DNA from: Candidatus Moranbacteria bacterium GW2011_GWA2_39_41
GTDB lineage: Bacteria; Patescibacteriota; Minisyncoccia; Moranbacterales; UBA2206
NCBI GenBank assembly: GCA_000995125.1
Contig: LBXA01000001.1
Coordinates: 15,511 to 79,510 of the forward strand
Reading direction: 5' to 3'
DNA: 64,000 bases
Part shown: positions 39,805 to 49,694 of the stretch, piece by piece
How positions within the stretch are numbered: position 1 is the stretch's first letter
Layout: every line of letters starts with the position of its first letter
Notes under the pieces: model-generated
Database searches by the model: none
Told to the model about the DNA's origin: nothing
Seen by the model: the letters and a program-made list of their open reading frames with translations, nothing else
Program-made: the position numbers and the translations under genes

Positions 39805-41382
39805 TTACTTCTCACTGTCAATAAAAACTACTCCCAAGAACACCCACAAAAATCCCAGCATGATTCCGGAGTTGAAGAGATTTGGAATGGTGAGAGCAAA
39901 CCAACCCAGCAAAATGAAGAGTGGCAAGAATTTTTGTGAATCTTTGGCCAGGAAAAAATCGCGTGCAGATTTACCAAGAATCCACAGCCAAACTGCCAAA
40001 AATGCCAACAAACCAATGAGGCCTGAGCCCAACCAAATTTCCAAGAAAATATTGCTCGCATTGAGTCCAGTTCCGCGCTCATCTGTGCCCAGATAGGAGC
40101 TGATGTTACCCCAGCCAATTCCTAGAATTGGATTTTGCTTGATCAAGTTCCAAGATTTTTGATAAATTTGCGCTCGCACATTCACATTTGGATCTTTGCG
40201 AAAAACTTCAGTCACAAAATTGCCCGCAGCAGCTTCCTTGTAAATATCCTCTAGATTTATATGTCGACAATGATATTGTTCCAACTCATCAGTATTTTCA
40301 ATGATAAGCGCATCGACAACTGGGATAGATTTCCAATCACCCACACCGTTCTCACAAGAGACTGTGATTTTCTGCAACCCGCCCGTGCTTTGGACGCGAT
40401 TAGCTAGTTGAAAATTTGTCAGATGAAAAAAATATACCATGGCAACAGCAATCATGAATGCACATACCACTTTGGTTTTCATCCAAAAAGCCTCTCTCCA
40501 TTGCCACTCCCTGAAATTCAATTTCAATTGAGTGATGACCGCGAACCACAAAAGAATTGTCACTCCCACCGCTCCCAACCAAGCACTTCTTGAGACTGTC
40601 AGAATAAGCGCTGTGAAAATTAGAACAATTATTATCCAGTAGGTAGTCATCAGTAATTGGTCATCAGTAATCGCAACTTCACTATCTTTACTTTTATAAT
40701 AAATCACTGCATACATAACAGCCAACAAAAGAACTAAGAAAATGCCAAGCCAATCCGCCTCCGCAAAAGTTCCATTCGGTCGCCCTGGCATCACTTCAAA
40801 GTGACTTGCACTACGCATAAACTGGATGTTTTGCCAGATACTATATAAAACCACCACGACTGACGAACTCAAAAAGAATGGCACAACTTTTTTCAAATCA
40901 GCTGTTGTTTGAATATAATTGCGTACCAAAAAGCATAAAAAGATAAACGATATCAAAATCACTGTTTGCTTAAAACTCACTCCCTGATTGCTAGCAAAAA
41001 TTGCACTCACAAAACTAGCTACACCAAACACGATCATTGCCCAGTCTTGCCAAGCTAATTTGATCAGTTTGAAATTCAAGCGTCGAGTTGCCAAGCGAAT
41101 AATAATGGCCAAAATTGTCAGTCCGCCAAAAAATTGATATGGACGCACCGCAATGCCCAATTCTACTGGTGCCAAATTGATATTTTCCAACATGTTTGTA
41201 CCCACAAATAGCAAGAATCCCCAACCAGGACGATAGAGTGTCAAAAGCAAAGTCAAAATTGCAAAGAAAATGAAATCACCTAGGCGCAACGGCAAAATAT
41301 TCAGATTGAAAAGTACAATGGCAAAAAATACCAATGCCACATTGGCCGCTAATAATAAATTTTTATTAATATTTTTATTCAT
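39805..41382 (-). CDS. O-antigen ligase / Wzy_C family membrane protein
   Basis: RPNGTF, TVSRSAWLG, R..IY....LI..NPILGIG; SNIFL in place of the usual HN motif. Confidence 0.85.
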   Translation of the reverse strand: MNKNINKNLLLAANVALVFFAIVLFNLNILPLRLGDFIFFAILTLLLTLYRPGWGFLLFVGTNMLENINLAPVELGIAVRPYQFFGGLTILAIIIRLATRRLNFKLIKLAWQDWAMIVFGVASFVSAIFASNQGVSFKQTVILISFIFLCFLVRNYIQTTADLKKVVPFFLSSSVVVVLYSIWQNIQFMRSASHFEVMPGRPNGTFAEADWLGIFLVLLLAVMYAVIYYKSKDSEVAITDDQLLMTTYWIIIVLIFTALILTVSRSAWLGAVGVTILLWFAVITQLKLNFREWQWREAFWMKTKVVCAFMIAVAMVYFFHLTNFQLANRVQSTGGLQKITVSCENGVGDWKSIPVVDALIIENTDELEQYHCRHINLEDIYKEAAAGNFVTEVFRKDPNVNVRAQIYQKSWNLIKQNPILGIGWGNISSYLGTDERGTGLNASNIFLEIWLGSGLIGLLAFLAVWLWILGKSARDFFLAKDSQKFLPLFILLGWFALTIPNLFNSGIMLGFLWVFLGVVFIDSEK

Positions 41383-42539
41383 TACAAATTTTTAACCACA
41401 TTAAAAACCTTAGCACTAAACTTTCCCCAGGAAAAATATTGCGCTCGCTCTTTGCCACGCACCACCAACGCCAAGCGCAATTGCGCATGCAACAAAACAT
41501 TTTTCATGACCATCGCAATATCCAAAACATCTTTGGGATCACAATACAGCACACCATCGCGTCCAACCTCTGGCAAAGAAGAATGCTTGGAAGTGATGGC
41601 TGGTGTGCCCGCGCTCATCGCTTCCAGAACTGGCATGCCAAAACCTTCATAGTGCGATGGATAAACAAACATCACCGATTGATTATATAGTGCTGGCAAA
41701 TCCGTTTGCGGCACAAAACCCAACAGACGCACACGCTTGCTCAAGTTCAATTCTTTGACCAATTTTTGCACATCCACGATGAGTGGTGCCAACTCTGGCA
41801 TCATTTTGCCAGAAACAACCAACTTGGGAAACTCATGCACAAAATGTTCATTGGCATTTTTTTCCAACAAAAATTTGTAGGCGCGGATGACACCCTCCGT
41901 GTTTTTGCGCACTTCCAATCCTCCACCCGTATATATGTAGCCGGGTTTCAGGCGATATTTTTTCAGTACAGACGAGGCATGCCTCGTCTGTACCCTTTTT
42001 TTGTAGATTGGATCGACATCCACATGATTGACTGAAATTTTTTGTGGATCAATTCCCAAATGAGCAATCAAATCTTTTTCCGTGCGTGATGATATGGCCA
42101 AAATTTTGTCGGCGCGTTTGATGGCTTTTTCGGTCAGTGACCAATATAGCCTCTTGCGCCAATTGTTCAAATATTCTGGAAACAATTTGGGAATCAAATC
42201 ATGCACCACCATCACATGTTTGATATTTTTGTTCAAAATAGTCGGGCATTGATACATCGAAATCAAAGCTTCGCAATTGTCTTGCTTGACCATCTTTGGC
42301 AAACTCCATTTTTCCCACCAAATCTTGTGCACCAAATCGTCCCGCTTCCAAGCCGGCAAAAAAATCTTCTTGCTGAAATTCTTGGGCAGCTTGATGTCTC
42401 TCGGCAAGTCTTCTTCCAAATACAACACAAATTCATCACTCGTTTTTTTCTGAGCGATCTTCTTTAAAAAATTAATTGTCACCTGCCCAATCCCACTTCC
42501 CGGCTTGCGGGCAAACGAGGCGTTGATACCTATTCTCAT
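41382..42539 (-). CDS. Glycosyltransferase family 4 with in-frame REP
   Basis: MRIGINA, VVHDLIP, RKN, YPSHYEGFGMPVLEAM; start trimmed to ATG 42539. Confidence 0.92.
   Translation of the reverse strand: MRIGINASFARKPGSGIGQVTINFLKKIAQKKTSDEFVLYLEEDLPRDIKLPKNFSKKIFLPAWKRDDLVHKIWWEKWSLPKMVKQDNCEALISMYQCPTILNKNIKHVMVVHDLIPKLFPEYLNNWRKRLYWSLTEKAIKRADKILAISSRTEKDLIAHLGIDPQKISVNHVDVDPIYKKRVQTRHASSVLKKYRLKPGYIYTGGGLEVRKNTEGVIRAYKFLLEKNANEHFVHEFPKLVVSGKMMPELAPLIVDVQKLVKELNLSKRVRLLGFVPQTDLPALYNQSVMFVYPSHYEGFGMPVLEAMSAGTPAITSKHSSLPEVGRDGVLYCDPKDVLDIAMVMKNVLLHAQLRLALVVRGKERAQYFSWGKFSAKVFNVVKNL
41966..41993. repeat. GTAG-type REP-like perfect palindrome inside a CDS
   Basis: GTACAGACGAGGCATGCCTCGTCTGTAC; encodes VQTRHASSV. 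Confidence 0.85.
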
Positions 42540-42580
42540 AATTTTATTATACCCGAAAAAAGCATAATTAACAAAGGTTA

Positions 42581-42609
42581 TTGACGCCAAAACAGCCCAA
42601 GAGTATAAT
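42581..42609 (+). promoter_or_regulatory. sigma70 promoter, probably leaderless
   Basis: TTGACG-17-TATAAT, 6 nt before ATG 42616. Confidence 0.75.
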
Positions 42610-42615
42610 GTAGAT

Positions 42616-42783
42616 ATGCAAATTATAAAATGTGACATTTGTAAAAAAACGATTGAGAAAGGGTCAAACAGCATACACATTAGTGTAGGTAAAAGCATCC
42701 TTTCTGATCATGTTGAAATTTGCCTAATCTGTGGCAAGTCTATTTTAAAATTGTTGAAAAATAAAAAGCTAATCAAGGACTAA
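42616..42783 (+). CDS. 55-aa CxxC...CxxC zinc-binding small protein (below ORF-track cutoff)
   Basis: MQIIKCDICKK...HVEICLICGKSILKLLKNKKLIKD directly after a near-consensus promoter. Confidence 0.75.
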   Translation: MQIIKCDICKKTIEKGSNSIHISVGKSILSDHVEICLICGKSILKLLKNKKLIKD

Positions 42784-42792
42784 TAATTTCTT

Positions 42793-43137
42793 ATGCGTAT
42801 GGAAAATATTGAACAGGAAAAGACATTAACACTTGAAGATATTGCTGAGCTCATCAGAACAACCCAAATTACATTGGAAGCAAAGATTGATTCTTCTGTT
42901 AAAAAATCTACTGCCACATTAGAAGCAAAGATTGATTCATCTGTTGATGTTTTAGCGGCAATCACACAGAAGAATGCTTTGAAATTGGAAGGAAAAATTG
43001 ATAAAATCGAGACTAAAATAAAAGAAGTCAAATCTGATACAGAAAATATTAAAGCCAATCTCAATAAAAAAGTTGACAAAATTGACCACAATGAATTAAC
43101 CTATCGTGTAGAAAAACTAGAAAAGAAATTCGCCTAA
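42793..43137 (+). CDS. Coiled-coil hypothetical protein
   Basis: Heptad pattern; internal repeat TLEAKIDSSV x2; terminator-like hairpin follows. Confidence 0.75.
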   Translation: MRMENIEQEKTLTLEDIAELIRTTQITLEAKIDSSVKKSTATLEAKIDSSVDVLAAITQKNALKLEGKIDKIETKIKEVKSDTENIKANLNKKVDKIDHNELTYRVEKLEKKFA

Positions 43138-43200
43138 AAATCAAAACTTCAACCCACGAAAAAATCCAGCGCAAGCCAGATTTTTTGCTATCTACTTAGT

Positions 43201-43335
43201 CTAATTTATTTCAAACCATTCGCCCTCGCTAATAAAAGCCAAATTCAATCCAGCAAATGGCCTCCCTGTCAGTTCTAATAGAGTATCGGTAATTGATTTA
43301 TTAGAAAGCCCGGCAGATGTGAGTAATAACTTCAT
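43201..43335 (-). pseudogene. Internally deleted peptidase S51-like remnant
   Basis: MKLLLTSAGLSNKSI...LAFI joined directly to SEGEWFEIN*. Confidence 0.6.
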
Positions 43336-43501
43336 AGGATTAATATCTTCTATTATAGAAACCTTTATAACACTTATTTTAGTACTGTTTATCTTAAAAC
43401 TAGCTAAATATTTTCACCATTTGACTCCCCCGCTCATTGATTTATAATAATATCTAGTTACCTAGACTGTCTGGATAGCCACTAATTATAAGCAATAATC
43501 G

Positions 43502-43600
43502 ACCCCAGTTAAATAGTTTGCATACTCACAAATAGATATTTTGAAGATTCAACGCTTCGAATTTCGATTGGTGATTTGTAGCGAAATTTAACGGGGTAAA
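43502..43600 (+). repeat. CCC-GTT(A/G)AAT family element, 5 nt before the dehydrogenase ATG
   Basis: ACCCC(A)GTTAAAT...ATTTAACGGGGTAAA; ends identical to 31306-31352. Confidence 0.8.
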
Positions 43601-43605
43601 ATTCT

Positions 43606-44889
43606 ATGTCAGAAAAAAGGAATCAGAAAGTTTGCGTTATTGGTTTGGGCTATGTTGGGTTGCCATTGGCCGTGCGTTGCGTGGAAAAAGGTTATGAGAC
43701 CTATGGATTGGAAATGGATCAGAAAAAAGTTAATTTGATCAACAATGGTAGAAGTCCAATTGAAGAAAAATTCCTCGAAGATAATTTGCCGAAATTCAAG
43801 CCCACTGCCACGACTGATGAAAAAATCATCAAGAAGTGTGACATCATTTTGATTTGCGTGCCAACTCCAGTTGACTCAATGTATGTGCCAGATTTGACTC
43901 CGGTCATCGGTGCTAGCAAAGCCGTTATGCGCAATTTGAAAAAAGGCGCCCTAGTGGTTTTGGAATCAACCGTGAATCCGGGTGTCAGCGAAGAAGTGAT
44001 CCGACCGATTTTCGAAGAAGCGGGTTTTGTCGTCGGCAAAGATGTTTTCATCGCGCATTGTCCAGAGCGTATTAACCCAGGGGATGCCAAATGGAATGTC
44101 ACCAACATTCCGCGCGTAGTAGGGTCATTTGACAAGACCGGTCTTGATATCGCGGTGAAATTTTATGAAAGCATTGTGGATGGCAACATCCGTCCAATGA
44201 AATCCATTCGTGAAGCTGAAGCGGTGAAGATTGTGGAAAATTCTTTCCGCGACATCAACATTGCTTTTGTGAATGAATTGGCCAAATCTTTCGACAAGCT
44301 TGGCATTGACGTGAAAGATGTGATTCTGGGAGCTTCGACCAAGCCATTTGCTTTTATGGCACATTTCCCTGCTTGCGGAGTTGGTGGACATTGCATTCCA
44401 GTTGATCCATATTATCTAATTGAGCGCGCCAAAAAATCTGGTTTCGATCATAAATTCTTGAAAGTTGCCAGAGAAATCAACAATTCCATGCCAAGTTATA
44501 CTGTGGAATTGATGCGAGACGCCTTGAATAAATTGCAGATGCCGATGAAAGGCACCAAAATTGGCGTGTTGGGAATTTCCTACAAAGCTAACGTGGATGA
44601 CACGCGTGAATCTCCAACTTTCAAGATTTTAACTCTTCTTGATGAGCACGGCGTGAAATATGACACCTTTGATCCACATGTGATTGCCAAATCTAGCATC
44701 AAAACATTGAATGTAATTTTGAAAAAAGTTGATGCCTTGATTGTTGCCACTGATCACAAAGAATTTAAAGAAATTGATCCAGAACTTTTCAAGCAACACG
44801 GCATTAAAGTCATTGTCGACGGCAAGAATTGTCTCGACAAAGATGCTATCAAAAAACTTGGCATTATTTATAAAGGTATTGGTAGATAA
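43606..44889 (+). CDS. Nucleotide-sugar dehydrogenase (WecC/WbpA family)
   Basis: GLGYVGLP, CVPTP, LESTV, PERINPG, GVGGHCIPVDP, DTRESP. Confidence 0.95.
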   Translation: MSEKRNQKVCVIGLGYVGLPLAVRCVEKGYETYGLEMDQKKVNLINNGRSPIEEKFLEDNLPKFKPTATTDEKIIKKCDIILICVPTPVDSMYVPDLTPVIGASKAVMRNLKKGALVVLESTVNPGVSEEVIRPIFEEAGFVVGKDVFIAHCPERINPGDAKWNVTNIPRVVGSFDKTGLDIAVKFYESIVDGNIRPMKSIREAEAVKIVENSFRDINIAFVNELAKSFDKLGIDVKDVILGASTKPFAFMAHFPACGVGGHCIPVDPYYLIERAKKSGFDHKFLKVAREINNSMPSYTVELMRDALNKLQMPMKGTKIGVLGISYKANVDDTRESPTFKILTLLDEHGVKYDTFDPHVIAKSSIKTLNVILKKVDALIVATDHKEFKEIDPELFKQHGIKVIVDGKNCLDKDAIKKLGIIYKGIGR

Positions 44890-44900
44890 TCAACTACCTT

Positions 44901-44945
44901 GGAGCTAAGCTCCTGAACTGCATAGCCCAGTTGGAGCTTAGCTCC
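44901..44945. repeat. Doublet of GGAGCT(A/T)AGCTCC palindromes
   Basis: GGAGCTAAGCTCC ... GGAGCTTAGCTCC. Confidence 0.75.
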
Positions 44946-45066
44946 TACTAAATCACCAAGCTCTTCGCAAGAATGGGCTTAGCTTGCTATTTGGTCAGTT
45001 TTTTGCCATAATAGAATCAATACGTCAATAATTTAGCAGTAATATAACAATTAAACAATAAACACT

Positions 45067-45303
45067 ATGTTTGACCTAATGAAATCTTTTGTCTGGATCG
45101 CCATAATGCTCATACTCGCCTATTTCATCATGAGTTATTTTGGTTATGAGCCTAATCTAGATTACTTCTCAACTAGCAAAGAAGTTTGTCAACAAAAAAT
45201 CAAAGACTGCACAAACAATGTAATCCACAACGGTATTAATAATACTGATAAATGTAATTTTAATTGCATCAACCCGAAACTAATCATTAAAAAAGTAAAA
45301 TAA
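45067..45303 (+). CDS. Small membrane-anchored protein with four Cys
   Basis: N-terminal TM; TAATG coupling to the downstream GT2. Confidence 0.7.
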   Translation: MFDLMKSFVWIAIMLILAYFIMSYFGYEPNLDYFSTSKEVCQQKIKDCTNNVIHNGINNTDKCNFNCINPKLIIKKVK

Positions 45304-46289
45304 TGCGCTTGATTATAAACATCCCAGCCTACAACGAAGAAGGTGTTGTTGGCGAAACCATTGTCAAAATCAAAGAGAGTTTCAAGGCTGATTTCTATGC
45401 GCAAAAAGGCGCGGTCATCACCGAAAAATTGATTCAGGTGGTGGACGATGGCTCAACTGATGCTACTGCACAAGTTGCCAAGAAAGCTGGTGCAGATATT
45501 GTAGTTTCCTACAAACCCAATCGCCGACTCGCCTATTCCTTCAAACAAGCTGTGGAAAGTTCACTCATAAACGGTGCTGACCTAATGGTTAACATTGACG
45601 CTGACGGACAATTCAATCCCAATGACATTCCGCAACTTTTGACTCCTATCTTGGATGGCAATGTAGACATGGTCATCGCCAATCGTTTTGGTGAAATTGC
45701 GGCCAAAAACATTCCGTGGGTTAGAAAAAGCTTGAACAAATTTGCCGCTCGTGTGATTGGTTTTTTTTTAGGCTACAAAACCAACGATCTGACTTGCGGT
45801 TTCCGCGCGCACAATCGCGAAACTTTGTTGCGTTTGAATTTGACTAATGTGCATTTCACCTACACTCAAGAAACTATAATTGATGCTATTGGCAAAAATT
45901 TGAAACTGGCTTGGGTGCCAATTGAAGTCACCTATTTTGACAATCGTGAAGCCAAGATCACTAAATCACTTTGGAAATTTGTGAACAATTCCACCAAGAT
46001 CATCTTGAAAGCCGTGCGTGATGTGCGACCAATGAAATTTTTCGGAATTCCAGGATTGTTTCTGATTTTCCTAGCCCTCATCTCACTAGTTATTTTCTTG
46101 TTCAACTATTTGGCTGAATTTCAAATCACACCCTATAGAAATTATTTGATTTTCGGCATCGCCACTTTCCTAGTTGGCTTGCAATTAGTTGTCTTTGCCC
46201 TCATCGCCGACATGATCAAATCCTCACGACAATTGACCGAAGAATTGATGTATCAGTGGAAGAAGGATAAATTTGATAATAAAAAGTAA
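45303..46289 (+). CDS. GT2, polyprenol-phosphate glycosyltransferase (DPM1/GtrB-like)
   Basis: IPAYNEE, VDDGSTD, DADGQ, DLTCGFRA, two C-terminal TMs. Confidence 0.9.
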   Translation: MRLIINIPAYNEEGVVGETIVKIKESFKADFYAQKGAVITEKLIQVVDDGSTDATAQVAKKAGADIVVSYKPNRRLAYSFKQAVESSLINGADLMVNIDADGQFNPNDIPQLLTPILDGNVDMVIANRFGEIAAKNIPWVRKSLNKFAARVIGFFLGYKTNDLTCGFRAHNRETLLRLNLTNVHFTYTQETIIDAIGKNLKLAWVPIEVTYFDNREAKITKSLWKFVNNSTKIILKAVRDVRPMKFFGIPGLFLIFLALISLVIFLFNYLAEFQITPYRNYLIFGIATFLVGLQLVVFALIADMIKSSRQLTEELMYQWKKDKFDNKK

Positions 46290-46392
46290 CATTCTTTTCA
46301 TAGAAAAGCCTCTTGTTTTGACAGGAAGCTTTTTTGCTTGAAAAATAACTCTATTTGATATATAATTAGGCAGTAATTCAATAGTGATATTT

Positions 46393-47463
46393 ATGCGAAT
46401 TTTATTTATTTCCCATGCTCATCCACCCACTGTGGGAGGTGTGGAGAACCAGAACTTTGAACTTTCCACTTGGCTAGGAGAAATTGCGGAAGTCAAAACC
46501 ATTGCCAATGGACGAGGCAAGAAATTCTTGCCACTTTGGATGCCCTACACTCTCGTGAAGAGCCTTTTTCTGATGTCAAAATATGATGTCATTCTTTTGG
46601 GCAATGCTCTCTTGGCACACATGGGTTGGATATTAAAAATAATTTATAGAAAACCTGTGGTTGTTGTAGTGCATGGATTGGATTTAACTTTTCAAAATTG
46701 GTGCTACCAAAAATTCTGGGTCAAATTTTTCATCCCCAAAATGGACAAGTTTGTTTGCGTTGGCAATGAAACCATTCGCGTGGCCAAAGAGAAAGGCATT
46801 GCGCAGGACAAATTAGTTTTCATTCCCAATGGCGTCAACACCAACAAATTTCAGTCGGAATATAATTGGTCAGAAATTGAAAAAATCTTTGGACAAAAAT
46901 TAGGAAACAAAAAAGTTTTGATGACTTCTGGTAGACTTGCTAGACGCAAGGGCGTGGCGTGGTTTGTTCGCAATGTTATGCCAAAATTACCTGAGAATGT
47001 TTTGTATATCGTGGCAGGTGACGGTGCTGATCAAGAAAACATTGAGCAAGCTATCAGCGAAAACACTTTGTCTGAACGTGTTAAAATGATTGGCTATATG
47101 GGCGATTATGTACGCGATATGCTTTTTCACACTTGTGATCTTTTCATTCAACCCAACATCAAAGTGACTGGTGACATGGAAGGCTTTGGTCTATCAGTTA
47201 TTGAAGCAGCGTTTTGTGGTATTCCAGTTATTGCCTCCAATCTTGAAGGATTGAAAGACGCTATCAAAGATGGTCAGGATGGTTTTTTAGTTGAACCAGA
47301 AGATGCAGATGGCTATGTTAGAAAAATAAATGAACTTCTATCTTCCGATGAATCCAGAAAAGCCTTCGGTCAAAAAGCCAAACAATTTGTTATTGATAAT
47401 TATAGCTGGGAAAAAATTGCACAAAAATATTTAGTTGAAATAGAGAAAGTAATTAGTAACTAG
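46393..47463 (+). CDS. Glycosyltransferase family 4
   Basis: GGVE, IPNGV, GRLARRKG, EGFGLSVIEA. Confidence 0.92.
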   Translation: MRILFISHAHPPTVGGVENQNFELSTWLGEIAEVKTIANGRGKKFLPLWMPYTLVKSLFLMSKYDVILLGNALLAHMGWILKIIYRKPVVVVVHGLDLTFQNWCYQKFWVKFFIPKMDKFVCVGNETIRVAKEKGIAQDKLVFIPNGVNTNKFQSEYNWSEIEKIFGQKLGNKKVLMTSGRLARRKGVAWFVRNVMPKLPENVLYIVAGDGADQENIEQAISENTLSERVKMIGYMGDYVRDMLFHTCDLFIQPNIKVTGDMEGFGLSVIEAAFCGIPVIASNLEGLKDAIKDGQDGFLVEPEDADGYVRKINELLSSDESRKAFGQKAKQFVIDNYSWEKIAQKYLVEIEKVISN

Positions 47464-47473
47464 TAAATTGTAT

Positions 47474-49339
47474 ATGCTAGATTTTATATTCAATCAAGTA
47501 TTATTTTATCTCATCTTAGCTTTTGTGTTATTTATTCCAGGCTATTCTTTGCTTTTGGCGATTTTTGGTCACAGCAAAACTCTGAGTACTTTAGAAAAAT
47601 TTGCCATATCCTTTGGTCTGAGTATTGTTGGTGTGGACTTTATCTTCTTCGCTTTTTCAAAAGCCAACATTGCCATCACTCGCCTCTCATCTGCCATTGG
47701 CATTGCCGCTTTTATCCTGATCTGTTTGGCAATTTTCAAAATCAGAAAGTTTTCAAATTCAACTGCAGATGAAAAATTATTTTCCTTTTCCAAAAATCAA
47801 TTCATCCTTATTCTACTTTTGATTTTCCTCAGCATCTTCATTAAAACTGCCTATCTGACCGACACTGTTTTCCCAACTGCCACCGACATGGGGCATCACA
47901 TGTATTGGGCCAAATGGATGGTGGAAAATCATCAACTACCGACCTATGACGGCATGCCAGATTTCATCATTGGCGAGCACATCATTTTTGCCACCGTTGC
48001 CACCTTGAGTGGTGCCAGTTTCTTTTCAGCTTTTCCAATTGCAATTCTGTTTTTAGTGAATCTACTCAGCATCTTGATGGTTTCCATTTTGACTCTGCGA
48101 ATTTTCAAAGAAAAAAATATCGCTATTCTCTCATTATTATTTTTAGGTGTTCTCTATGCTGTGAGTTCACCTCAAGCCAAATTTGTCAGCGGTGGAGTGG
48201 TTGGCAATATCCTTGGCAATCTACTCTTGCCCATGAGCTTTTATTTTTATTATCGCGCTTTCAGTTTTTTTGAAACTGATGAAAAAGTTTCTGGACAATC
48301 CAAAACATTTTTGGCCTTGGCCTTTTTCTCAACTTTCGGATTGCTCTACACACATCATCTAACTGTTTTTATTTTTCTTTTTATCCTCACACTCATCGTT
48401 GCGATTTTCTTGGTGCTGAACATAAAAAATCTGAAAAATATCTTCACCTCACTATTCAAAATTATTTTTTCTCCACAAGTTTTGGCTACACTGGCTATCT
48501 GCCTAATCTTTTTCTTTTGGGTTTTCACTCCCAACTATATCAAGGGCGGTGCGGTGGACACGGCCGTGGGCGCGCCGAGCAAAGAAACTCGCGCTGGTCT
48601 CACCATTGCCAACTTGCGTTCTTCCATTGGCGAGGCTCGCATTGCCTTGGGCTTTCTAGGCTTGTTAGTTTTGGCCATCGGATTTAAACGTAAAAACTTT
48701 GGCTACACCATTGTCGCCGCTTGGGCCATTATGATTTTCACTATGTCCACTCAGCCAAATCTTCTACTAGTGAATCTACCTAGCAGTCGCATCGGCAACT
48801 ATCTCTCCTATCCATTTGCCATCCTCAGTGCCTACACTTTTTATTTTGTTTTCAAAAACAAAGCCAATCAATTTTTGAAAGTGAGTTTCATTGTCATTGC
48901 CACCTTTGTCTTAGTAGATGGAATTTCTGATTCAGCCTACAGCTTCAAAAACAAGGAGGATTTGAGCCCCCTTGCCCAAACATTCAATGCTTCAACATAC
49001 CTAGCTAATCATACCACTACCACTGATGAAATTTTGAAAGACCACAATTACATCACCGCTGACTCCTGGATGAAAATCATCTTGATGCGCGGTTACAAAT
49101 ACCCACAATCCCGCGGTTTTTTTAAGCGCTATGACGATGCGACCAAACCGCGCGAAATGTGTACACTACATATGATTTCCACACCCGACAGCCCGGAAGC
49201 CAAACTTTGCTTTGCTGACACCAACACCAATTTCATCGCCATCAATCCGAATTTTGATAGCGCGCAATTTTTGAAATTGAAAAATTTTGATCAAGTCTAT
49301 TCCAGCACTGGCATAAATATTTATTACAAAAATAACTAA
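47474..49339 (+). CDS. Polytopic membrane protein, probable GT-C glycosyltransferase
   Basis: About 13 TMs; early loop PTATDMGHH; soluble C-terminal domain. Confidence 0.7.
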   Translation: MLDFIFNQVLFYLILAFVLFIPGYSLLLAIFGHSKTLSTLEKFAISFGLSIVGVDFIFFAFSKANIAITRLSSAIGIAAFILICLAIFKIRKFSNSTADEKLFSFSKNQFILILLLIFLSIFIKTAYLTDTVFPTATDMGHHMYWAKWMVENHQLPTYDGMPDFIIGEHIIFATVATLSGASFFSAFPIAILFLVNLLSILMVSILTLRIFKEKNIAILSLLFLGVLYAVSSPQAKFVSGGVVGNILGNLLLPMSFYFYYRAFSFFETDEKVSGQSKTFLALAFFSTFGLLYTHHLTVFIFLFILTLIVAIFLVLNIKNLKNIFTSLFKIIFSPQVLATLAICLIFFFWVFTPNYIKGGAVDTAVGAPSKETRAGLTIANLRSSIGEARIALGFLGLLVLAIGFKRKNFGYTIVAAWAIMIFTMSTQPNLLLVNLPSSRIGNYLSYPFAILSAYTFYFVFKNKANQFLKVSFIVIATFVLVDGISDSAYSFKNKEDLSPLAQTFNASTYLANHTTTTDEILKDHNYITADSWMKIILMRGYKYPQSRGFFKRYDDATKPREMCTLHMISTPDSPEAKLCFADTNTNFIAINPNFDSAQFLKLKNFDQVYSSTGINIYYKNN

Positions 49340-49340
49340 T

Positions 49341-49694
49341 ATGCAACAACAAACTAAAATCATTTTATTTTTCATTATTCTATTCTTGGCCAGTTCCATT
49401 TATCTTTTTACTATTGATTCCAGATACAATGACTCAGCCTACAACAAAAACTGGTATTCCCTATCATTTGTTGAACCAAAAACAGATAGTCTGAATTTCA
49501 CTATTGAAAATTTTTCGGCCAACACAAATTTCCACTGGGAGCTTCTGACTGGCAAAGAAAAAATTGAGACTGGCGATGTTGAAGTTCAAACTGGCGAGAA
49601 AAAAGAAATTGGTCTTTCAAGGATAATGACCGATCAAAAAATGACTGTGCGAGTTTCTTCTGGCGATGATATACAAGAGATTTATAAAAACTAA
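49341..49694 (+). CDS. Small membrane-anchored hypothetical protein (DUF1616-like)
   Basis: TM helix plus beta-rich domain (FTIEN); adjacent to the upstream gene. Confidence 0.7.
   Translation: MQQQTKIILFFIILFLASSIYLFTIDSRYNDSAYNKNWYSLSFVEPKTDSLNFTIENFSANTNFHWELLTGKEKIETGDVEVQTGEKKEIGLSRIMTDQKMTVRVSSGDDIQEIYKN

Noticed and set aside
42540-42698. Long N-terminal extensions in the ORF track (41382-42698, 33155-33688, 52496-52852, 60906-62801, 6121-7962)
   Set aside because: They overlap promoters or neighbouring genes; family homology or SD evidence starts at downstream ATGs.
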